A stretch of 64,000 nt of DNA from an uncultured Actinomycetota bacterium (GTDB lineage Bacteria; Actinomycetota; Actinomycetes; Streptosporangiales; Streptosporangiaceae), in contig CAWJUH010000003.1 in the NCBI GenBank assembly GCA_963846005.1, positions 803,992 to 867,991 of the forward strand, given 5' to 3'. Shown piece after piece: positions 18,830-25,977 of the stretch. Below the pieces are notes generated by a model that saw only the letters and a program-made list of their open reading frames with translations, had not been told where the DNA came from and did no database searches. Position 1 is the first letter of the stretch, and each line of letters opens with the position of its first letter. Both the position numbers and the translations under genes were made by a program.

Positions 18830-19063
18830 ATGTCCGATCCTACCTTCCCCGCCCCCGGCCGGGTGGTCCTCGACTGGCGGCGCGGCCAGATCGGCCCGCT
18901 CGCCCCGTGCGTGATCTGCGGGCGGCTGGCCATCTGCCGCTCCCCGGGCAAGAACGCGCCCTGCCACAAGCGGTGCGCCGAAACCTGGATCACCACCCAC
19001 GCCAGCCCGCGTGACCAGCGCAGGCTGATCCGCGCCAACACTCCGCGAGGTGGTGCCAGGTGA
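18830..19063 (+). CDS. Small Cys-rich protein
   Basis: CVICGRLAICRSPGKNAPCHKRC; preceded by conserved module. Confidence 0.45.
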   Translation: MSDPTFPAPGRVVLDWRRGQIGPLAPCVICGRLAICRSPGKNAPCHKRCAETWITTHASPRDQRRLIRANTPRGGAR

Positions 19064-19443
19064 GCGGCTTCCGGGTCATCTACCACGCGACCGTCTGTCC
19101 CGACTGCGGATCAGATGAGGTCACCGAGCACGACATCGTCATGACTGACGGCACGGCCGAGACCGCGCTGACTTGCGGCCAGTGCGGCGCAGCATGGCCG
19201 GTGGCCTGCGTCGCTGAGAACCTACAGCCCGCTAGCCCCGACCCGGCATGCGCACCGCACCTGGCCTTGCGGATCGACGCCAAACCGCCCGGCACTGCCG
19301 CTGAGCACCGCCGCTACTGGTGCCCCCGCTGCGACGCCTACCTGACCGGCACGGAACTGGCCACCACGAGCGCGTTGCACTACACGCCCGGCCCCGACCG
19401 CATCATCACCCGCGCCGATCTCACCCCGGCAGGCCGGTCATGA
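19060..19443 (+). CDS. Zinc-ribbon-containing hypothetical protein
   Basis: CPDCGS...CGQCG and CPRCD motifs; start overlaps upstream stop. Confidence 0.45.
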   Translation: MSGFRVIYHATVCPDCGSDEVTEHDIVMTDGTAETALTCGQCGAAWPVACVAENLQPASPDPACAPHLALRIDAKPPGTAAEHRRYWCPRCDAYLTGTELATTSALHYTPGPDRIITRADLTPAGRS

Positions 19444-19835
19444 CCGCCCGCGTCCCCGCCCTCGACGCTATCCAGGCCCGCGGACTGCGGGTGGTGTCCT
19501 ACGACCCGGACGGCAGCCGGCACGGCCTGCCCACTTACCCCTGGCGATGGGCACCCGCTGGGCTGCTCACCCGCCGCCAGCTCCGCGCCAAGGGCCTGCG
19601 CCCCGGCGGCCAGGAAATCTGTGCGCAGATCCTGTGGCGCCGCGGCAAGCGCGTCGCCTACCTCTACGCCGAGCAACTCGCCCTGCCCAAGCGCACCGCG
19701 ACCGCCGCGCAGCTCGCCGCGGTCGCCAAGGCCCTGACCGCCCGGCGCACCTGCCCGGCCTGCGGCCAGCTCAAGTCCTACTACATCCCCCGATCCACCG
19801 GCGAATGCCTCAACTGCACCCCCGGAAGGCGGTGA
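19440..19835 (+). CDS. Hypothetical protein with C-terminal CxxC...CxxC motif
   Basis: ATGA start/stop overlap with upstream gene; RRTCPACGQ...ECLNC. Confidence 0.45.
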   Translation: MTARVPALDAIQARGLRVVSYDPDGSRHGLPTYPWRWAPAGLLTRRQLRAKGLRPGGQEICAQILWRRGKRVAYLYAEQLALPKRTATAAQLAAVAKALTARRTCPACGQLKSYYIPRSTGECLNCTPGRR

Positions 19836-19841
19836 CACCCG

Positions 19842-20531
19842 ATGTCCGCGAACACCCCTGGCCGTGGCACTGGCCGTAACCGGCGCGCCAGCAGCCCCTA
19901 CATCATCGATGACCTGTTCGTCACCATGCACCGCTCGGCCGCCGGAACGGCCTGGCGGTGGCGCACCGAACTCACCCTCCTCACCGCAACCATGGCGCTC
20001 GGATGGCGACTGACGGTGATCATGACTTTCACCTGGGCCGCGATCACTATCGCTGCGGGCCTGGCCGTCGTGCTGGCGCTGCCGCCAACCCGGCGGTTCA
20101 CGGTGCGCCGGTTCTGGTGCGTGCTGGCCCGCCACCGGCTGCACAAGCTGTGCTGGGAAGCCCACCTGCATACCCGCTCCGGCAGGCTGCCGCTGATCTT
20201 GTGGACCCGGCCGACCAAGGTCGGAGAACGGGCCTGGATCGTGTGCCGGGCCGGGATCTGCGCCGAGGACTTCGAGAACAACCTCGGCGAGATCCGCTCC
20301 GCCTGCTACGCCCGCGACGCGCGGGTCACCAGCAACACCCGCTGGTCCCACCTGATCACCGTCGATGTGATCCGCCGCGACACCCTCGCCGCCCGCCACC
20401 AGGTGGCATCACCCCTGCCCCGCCTGCCCCGGCCCGCGCCGGACCCGCAGGCCAGTTCCCGGCGGCCGTCGTGGCCCGACCGGCCCGCCCTGCCCGGCCC
20501 CGACACGGCCGACATCATCCCCATCCGCTAG
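19842..20531 (+). CDS. Membrane protein (Spd/Tra N-terminal-like)
   Basis: Hydrophobic segments (LTLLTATMALGWRLTVIMTFTWAAITIAAGLAVVLAL). Confidence 0.45.
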   Translation: MSANTPGRGTGRNRRASSPYIIDDLFVTMHRSAAGTAWRWRTELTLLTATMALGWRLTVIMTFTWAAITIAAGLAVVLALPPTRRFTVRRFWCVLARHRLHKLCWEAHLHTRSGRLPLILWTRPTKVGERAWIVCRAGICAEDFENNLGEIRSACYARDARVTSNTRWSHLITVDVIRRDTLAARHQVASPLPRLPRPAPDPQASSRRPSWPDRPALPGPDTADIIPIR

Positions 20532-20602
20532 CAGGCCTGGCCCGGCCCTCCCCCTGCGGCGGGCCGGGCCAGCCAGCCCACCTTTTGAAGGAAGTGATCC
20601 TT

Positions 20603-21436
20603 ATGACCACCACCCTGATCCCGCCGCTGGCCTCCCTGGCGGTGCCGGTGTTCCCGCTGTCGATCTGGCAGCCGGTGCACCTGGGCATGGACGAGCACGG
20701 CGACCAGGTCCACGTCGACCTGGCCGAGCGGAACATGCTGCTGGGCGGCGAACCCGGCGGCGGCAAGTCCAACGGCCTCAACCTCATCACCGCCCACGGC
20801 GCCCTGTCCGGCGACTGCAAGCTCGTCCTCATCGACGGCAAGCAAGTCGAACTCGGCGCCTGGCGGCACTGCGCCGACACCTTCGTCGGCCCGTCCATCA
20901 CCGACGCGATCGACTGCGGCAAGTACCTCCAGCAGATCATGAACACCCGCTACGACGCCCTGCTCGCCAACGGGCTCCGCAAGATCACCCCGGAGACCGG
21001 CGAGCCGGTCTACCTGGTGATCATCGACGAATACGCCTACTTCTCCGCCACCGTCGGCACCAAAGCCCAGCAGGCCGAGTACTCGGCGCTGACCCGGGAT
21101 CTGGTGGCCCGGGGCCGGGCCGCCGGGGTGATCGTCATCCTGGCCACCCAGCGGCCCTCGCATCAAGTAATCGACCCCTCGCTGCGGGACCTGTTCGGCT
21201 ACCGGTGGGCCTTTCGCTGCACCACCGACAGCTCCTCGGATGTGGTGCTCGGCCAGGGCTGGGCCACCGCGGGCTATTCCGCCGCCACCATCGACCCGCT
21301 CGCTCGCGGGGTGTCGTGGCTGCTGTCGGAGACCGGCGAGCCCCGGCGAATCAAGGCCGCCTACCTGGCCGACGCCGAAATTGCTTACCTCGCCACCTGG
21401 GCCGCCCAGCTCCGCCGCAAGGAGCCCGTGCCGTGA
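20603..21436 (+). CDS. tra: FtsK/SpoIIIE-family DNA translocase ATPase (TraSA/TraB-like conjugal transfer protein)
   Basis: Walker A GGEPGGGKSN, Walker B LVIIDEYA; RBS GAAGGAAGTGA. Confidence 0.7.
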   Translation: MTTTLIPPLASLAVPVFPLSIWQPVHLGMDEHGDQVHVDLAERNMLLGGEPGGGKSNGLNLITAHGALSGDCKLVLIDGKQVELGAWRHCADTFVGPSITDAIDCGKYLQQIMNTRYDALLANGLRKITPETGEPVYLVIIDEYAYFSATVGTKAQQAEYSALTRDLVARGRAAGVIVILATQRPSHQVIDPSLRDLFGYRWAFRCTTDSSSDVVLGQGWATAGYSAATIDPLARGVSWLLSETGEPRRIKAAYLADAEIAYLATWAAQLRRKEPVP

Positions 21437-22902
21437 CCATCACCACATCGGCGTTCCCTCTCAGCCCCGGCTCAGATGATGGTCCGGGGCTGGGAGAGTC
21501 CGCCGAGCCCGCGATCACCCTGACCTGGGCCGAACTCGACGCTGAGATCCGCCAGGCCGAGCGCACCGGCCTGTGCGCCCACCCCATCCGGCTCAAGGGC
21601 CGCATCGACGCGGTAGACCTGGCCACCGGCGAGCTGCGCCCGATGTATGACACCGGCAGCGAACCCGGCGGCGTACTGCACGTCGCGTGCGGGAACCGGC
21701 GCGAGTCCGCCTGCCCGGCCTGCTCCCAGACCTACAAACGCGATGCCCGCCAGCTCGTCAAGACCGGGCTCGCAGGCGGCAAGGGCATCCCCGAGACCAT
21801 CACCGCCCATCCGTGCGTGTTCGCCACCTTCACCGCCCCCTCCTTCGGCCCGGTGCACTCCCGGCGCAAGCGCGGCAAGACGATCCTGCCCTGCCGCCCC
21901 CGCCGCGACGCCAGCCGACGGGCCTGCCCACATGGCCGCGACATCTCCTGCGCTCACCGCCACGCCCAAGACGACCCGCTGCTCGGCCGGGCGCTGTGCC
22001 CGGACTGCTACGACTACACCGCCGCAGTGCTGTTCAACGCTCACGCGGGGGACCTGTGGAAACGGTTCGTCACCTACCTGCCCCGCCACCTGGCCCGCCA
22101 CGCCGGGCTCACCCAGCGCCAGCTCCGCCGCCAGGCATCCGTGCGGTTCGTCAAGGTGGCCGAGGGTCAAGCCCGCGGCGTCATCCACTACCATGCCGTC
22201 ATCCGCCTCGACCGACCCGGCGAGAGCTACCAGCCGCCCGGCCCGGCCTTCACCACCGCCCTGCTCGACCAGGCCATCCGCACCGCCGCTGCCGCCGCCC
22301 GGTTTCCGGTCGGCCCCAGCCCAGACCACCCGGACGCGCCCGCCCTCACGCTGCGGTTCGGCGCGCAGGTCCACGTCCGGCCGATCCGCCGCGACCACGA
22401 CCGGCAACTCCCCGCCACCGGCCACGAGCTGCCACCCCAGGCTGTGGCCAACTACATCGCCAAGTACGCCACTAAGGACATCGAAGCCCCCGGCCTCCCC
22501 TCCGCGCGGATCACCACCCGCCACGACCTCGACCAGCTGCACTGCGCAAGCCACTACCGGCGCATGATCACCGCGGCGTGGGAGCTGGGTGGCGGCAAGC
22601 TCACTCCCGGCACCCGGCCGTCCCGGCTGTGCCGCTGGGCGCACCAGCTCGGCCACGGCGGCCACTTCCTCTCCAAGTCCCAGCGGTACTCGCTGACTTT
22701 CGGCCAGCTCCGCCGCGCCCGCACCCAGCACCGCAAAGCACAGCGCCACCCCGAAGGCCCCCGCGACCCCTGGGACCGCCCCATCAACGAGACCACCGTC
22801 CTGGTCCTGTCCACCTGGACCTACGACGGTCCCGGCCAGCCCATCACTTCCGGCGCTGACCTGGCCCTCGTATCAGCCGACCGAGCGCGAGCCCACGAAT
22901 AG
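21433..22902 (+). CDS. rep: RepSA-like rolling-circle replication initiator (HUH endonuclease)
   Basis: GTG start overlapping tra stop; HUH motif VIHYHAVIRLD and Tyr motif YIAKYATK; Cys clusters. Confidence 0.65.
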   Translation: MTITTSAFPLSPGSDDGPGLGESAEPAITLTWAELDAEIRQAERTGLCAHPIRLKGRIDAVDLATGELRPMYDTGSEPGGVLHVACGNRRESACPACSQTYKRDARQLVKTGLAGGKGIPETITAHPCVFATFTAPSFGPVHSRRKRGKTILPCRPRRDASRRACPHGRDISCAHRHAQDDPLLGRALCPDCYDYTAAVLFNAHAGDLWKRFVTYLPRHLARHAGLTQRQLRRQASVRFVKVAEGQARGVIHYHAVIRLDRPGESYQPPGPAFTTALLDQAIRTAAAAARFPVGPSPDHPDAPALTLRFGAQVHVRPIRRDHDRQLPATGHELPPQAVANYIAKYATKDIEAPGLPSARITTRHDLDQLHCASHYRRMITAAWELGGGKLTPGTRPSRLCRWAHQLGHGGHFLSKSQRYSLTFGQLRRARTQHRKAQRHPEGPRDPWDRPINETTVLVLSTWTYDGPGQPITSGADLALVSADRARAHE

Positions 22903-22946
22903 CTGACCTCCGCCCGACTACGCATCTGCCGAAAGGAAGTGATCCC

Positions 22947-23156
22947 ATGGATCCCATTGCTGCCCAGCTCACGGGCAGGCAGCTTTACAAGATCACGGAC
23001 GCCATGACTGTGCTATCGATGAGCCGCAGCGTCATCTACGAGCAGATCCGTTCCGGTCGCCTGCGCTCGGTCACCCAGGGCCGCGCTCGGCTCATCCCCG
23101 CCTCGGCGATTGCCGAATACATCGCGCTTCTTGAACAAGAATCGCAGGTCGCGTAA
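22947..23156 (+). CDS. xis: Excisionase / DNA-binding HTH (Xis)
   Basis: 69 aa, LYKITDAMTVLSMSRSVIYEQIRSGRL; immediately upstream of int. Confidence 0.65.
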   Translation: MDPIAAQLTGRQLYKITDAMTVLSMSRSVIYEQIRSGRLRSVTQGRARLIPASAIAEYIALLEQESQVA

Positions 23157-24301
23157 TGGCCGTCCGGCGTAGCCGAGGCGACGGCGGTCTCTACTGGGAC
23201 AAAACCCGCCAACGGTGGATTGCGGAAGTCACGGTCGGATACACACCGGGCGGCAGACGGATCGTCAAGAAGGCGAGCAACCGCACCAAGACAGCCGCAC
23301 AGCGGAAGCTGAAAGAGATCATCCGCGACTACGACGATGGGCTCGCCACCGGGCCGCACGGCTATACCGTGGCCCAGGCCGTCAGCGATTGGCTGGCATT
23401 CGGGCTAAGTGGCCGTGACCCTGCCACAGTCGGCAAGTGCACGATCCTGGCCAACACCCATGTCCTACCTGCCCTAGGCGCTCGCAAGCTGCGCGACCTC
23501 TCTGCCGATGACGTGGACCGCTGGATGGCGGACAAAGCTAAGACGCTGAGCACTAGGACTCTGCAGGAGGTCCGCTCCGTTCTCAAGCGCGCGATCACCC
23601 GCGCCCAGGCCCGCGACAAGGTGAAGCGCAACGTCGTGCTGCTGTGCGAGGTCCCGCAGGGCCGCGCGGGACGGCCGTCGAAATCCCTGACGTTCGCGCA
23701 AGCCGAGGCGTTGCTGGCGGCGGCAGATGGCAGCGATCTGTACGCGTACATCACCCTGTCGCTTCTGATCGGCGCCCGCACCGAGGAACTGCGGGCACTT
23801 ACCTGGTCGCATGTCGATCTTGACGGCGATCAACCTGCGATTATGGTCTGGCGCTCGGTGCGAGCTGGCGGTGACACCAAGACCAGGAAGTCACGCCGGA
23901 CGCTGGCGCTACCTCAGCGTTGCGTGGCCGCGCTGCGCGATCACCGGGCGCGGCAAGAGCAGATCAGCCGGGCAGCTGGCAGCAACTGGCAGGACAACGA
24001 CCTGGTTTTTCCTTCTCGGGTCGGCACGCCCGCTGATGCCTCCCATGTCCGCCGGTCCTTCCGCCGTGTCGTCCAGGCGGCCAGGCTCGACCCGGGGGAG
24101 TGGACGCCGCGTGAACTGCGGCACAGCTTCGTGTCGCTGCTCTCCGATGCTGGCGTCCCGATCGAGCAGATTTCCCGGTTGGTCGGCCACAGCGGGAGCG
24201 CGACTACAGAGATGATCTACCGGAAGCAAATCCGGCCAGTGATCGAACATGGGGCAGACGCCATGGATCGGATCTTCCCCGCCGAGGTCCGCGATGCTTA
24301 G
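23156..24301 (+). CDS. int: Tyrosine integrase (pSAM2 Int-like)
   Basis: R...HxxR (LRHSFVSLL) and LVGHSGSATTEMIYRK catalytic Tyr region; adjacent to tRNA-Pro. Confidence 0.85.
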   Translation: MAVRRSRGDGGLYWDKTRQRWIAEVTVGYTPGGRRIVKKASNRTKTAAQRKLKEIIRDYDDGLATGPHGYTVAQAVSDWLAFGLSGRDPATVGKCTILANTHVLPALGARKLRDLSADDVDRWMADKAKTLSTRTLQEVRSVLKRAITRAQARDKVKRNVVLLCEVPQGRAGRPSKSLTFAQAEALLAAADGSDLYAYITLSLLIGARTEELRALTWSHVDLDGDQPAIMVWRSVRAGGDTKTRKSRRTLALPQRCVAALRDHRARQEQISRAAGSNWQDNDLVFPSRVGTPADASHVRRSFRRVVQAARLDPGEWTPRELRHSFVSLLSDAGVPIEQISRLVGHSGSATTEMIYRKQIRPVIEHGADAMDRIFPAEVRDA

Positions 24302-24370
24302 TCACTCAGATAGTCACTCAGCGCTCATCGGAGCGAGTCCAATTTCGGTTGATAATTGCTCTGACCTGGG

Positions 24371-24444
24371 TCGGGGTGGCCGGATTTGAACCGGCGGCCT
24401 CTTCGTCCCGAACGAAGCGCGCTGCCAAGCTGCGCCACACCCCG
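24371..24444 (-). tRNA. tRNA-Pro (anticodon CGG)
   Basis: Manual cloverleaf: acceptor CGGGGTG/CACCCCG, anticodon loop TTCGGGA, T-arm GCCGG-TTCAAAT-CCGGC; CCA not encoded. Confidence 0.85.
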
Positions 24445-24461
24445 CTGACTGCCCGAGCAGT

Positions 24462-25376
24462 CTAGCCGATCCGGGGAATCAGCGTGAGCAGCGTTGCCTC
24501 GGGCCGGCAGAACAAGCGGACCGGCGCGGCCGGGGAGGTGCCGAGGCCGGCCGAGACGTGCAGCCAGGCCTGCCCGGTCCCGGTGTCGTGCTCGGGATGA
24601 TGGTGCAGGCCACGGGCCCGGCGCCGGTCGATGCCGCAGTTGGTGGCCAGGGTCCCGAGGACCGGCAGGCAGATCTGGCCGCCGTGGGTGTGCCCGGCCA
24701 TCAGCAGGTCGTAGCCGTCGGCGGCGAACCGGTCCATGACCGGGGGCTCGGGCGAGTGCATGACGGCCAGCCGCAAGTCAGCGGCCGGATCGGCGGGTCC
24801 GGCGATCTGCTCATAGCGGTCCCGGTGCACGTGCGGGTCGTCCACCCCGGCTACCTCGATGTCGAGCCCGGCGGCCTTGACCCGGCCGCGCCGGTTGTTG
24901 AGGTCCAGCCAGCCGGCCGCCTCCATGCTGGCGCCGAGCCGGGCGTAGGGCAGGTTCGGCTCGTCGCCGGAGTGCTCGTCCTCGCTGGTCCGCCACAGGT
25001 AGCGGGCCGGGTTCTTGATCCGCGGGGCGTACAGGTCGTTCGAGCCGTAGACGAACACGCCCGGCACGTCCAGCAACGGGCCGAGGGAGGTGAGGAACGG
25101 CTCCAGCGCCTGCGGGCTGCTCACCGAGTCGCCGGTGTTGACGACCAGGTCCGGCTCCAGTGCCGCGAGCTGGCGCAGCCAGGACATGAGCAGGTGCCGG
25201 CCCGGAGTCAGGTGCACGTCGGAGATGTGCAGCAGCCGCAGCGGCCCCCGGCCCGCGGGCAGCACCGGGATTTCGTGCCGGCGCAGCGCGAACCAGTTGC
25301 GCTCGGCCACCGAGGCGTATCCGGCGACGGCTGCTCCGGCCGCGATGGCAGATCCGGCCAGGACTCGTGCTCGCAT
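24462..25376 (-). CDS. Metallophosphoesterase (calcineurin-like)
   Basis: LHISDVHL...GDSV...GHTHGGQ motifs; start chosen at MRARVLAG (signal/TM-like). Confidence 0.65.
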   Translation of the reverse strand: MRARVLAGSAIAAGAAVAGYASVAERNWFALRRHEIPVLPAGRGPLRLLHISDVHLTPGRHLLMSWLRQLAALEPDLVVNTGDSVSSPQALEPFLTSLGPLLDVPGVFVYGSNDLYAPRIKNPARYLWRTSEDEHSGDEPNLPYARLGASMEAAGWLDLNNRRGRVKAAGLDIEVAGVDDPHVHRDRYEQIAGPADPAADLRLAVMHSPEPPVMDRFAADGYDLLMAGHTHGGQICLPVLGTLATNCGIDRRRARGLHHHPEHDTGTGQAWLHVSAGLGTSPAAPVRLFCRPEATLLTLIPRIG

Positions 25377-25443
25377 CACGCCATGGTGCCATGGCCGCGC
25401 GACCGGTTCGTCATCCCGCGGGCCCGCACGGCAGGATGGCCCC

Positions 25444-25899
25444 ATGCCTGAACTCAAGGACCGGCTGCGTGCCGACCTGACCGCCGCGATGAAGGACCGG
25501 GACGAAGTGCGCACCAGGACGCTGCGCAGCGCGCTCACCGCGATCACTCACGCGGAGGTGGCCGGGAAGTCGGCCCGCGAGCTGAGCGACGCGGACGTGC
25601 TGCAGGTGCTGGTCCGGGAGGCCAAGCGCCGCCGCGAGGCCGCGGACGCCTTCGAGCAGGCAGGCCGCGCCGGTCAGGCGGCCGCCGAGCAGGCCGAGAA
25701 CCGGGTGCTGTCGGTGTACCTGCCCGAGCCGCTCACCGACGCCGAGCTGCAGCAGATCGTGACCGCCGCCATCGCGGAAACCGGCGCGTCCGGCCTGCCG
25801 GGCATGGGCCAGGTCATGAAGACCGTGACCCCGCAGACCACCGGCCGCGCCGACGGCGGCCGGGTCGCCGCCGAGGTCCGCCGCCAGCTGTCCGGCTGA
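25444..25899 (+). CDS. GatB/YqeY domain protein
   Basis: MPELKDRLRADLTAAMKDRDEVRTRTLRSALTAI... Confidence 0.65.
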   Translation: MPELKDRLRADLTAAMKDRDEVRTRTLRSALTAITHAEVAGKSARELSDADVLQVLVREAKRRREAADAFEQAGRAGQAAAEQAENRVLSVYLPEPLTDAELQQIVTAAIAETGASGLPGMGQVMKTVTPQTTGRADGGRVAAEVRRQLSG

Positions 25900-25948
25900 G
25901 CCCGCCGCCAGCTGTCCGGCTGAGCCCGCCGCCAGCCGTCCGGCTGAG
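25877..25948. repeat. 3 tandem copies of a 24-bp unit spanning the stop codon of the GatB/YqeY gene
   Basis: cccgccgccagctgtccggctgag x3 (last with one mismatch). Confidence 0.8.
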
Positions 25949-25977
25949 GCCGCCGGGCAGGCCGGCCCGGCCGGGCC

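Larger units (their letters stand above)
7486..24368. mobile_element. pSAM2-type actinomycete integrative and conjugative element (AICE) integrated at tRNA-Pro(CGG)
   Basis: int and xis adjacent to the intact tRNA; RepSA-like HUH Rep, FtsK-like Tra and DUF932 genes; bounded by 44-bp direct repeats; low-GC cargo. Confidence 0.8.
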
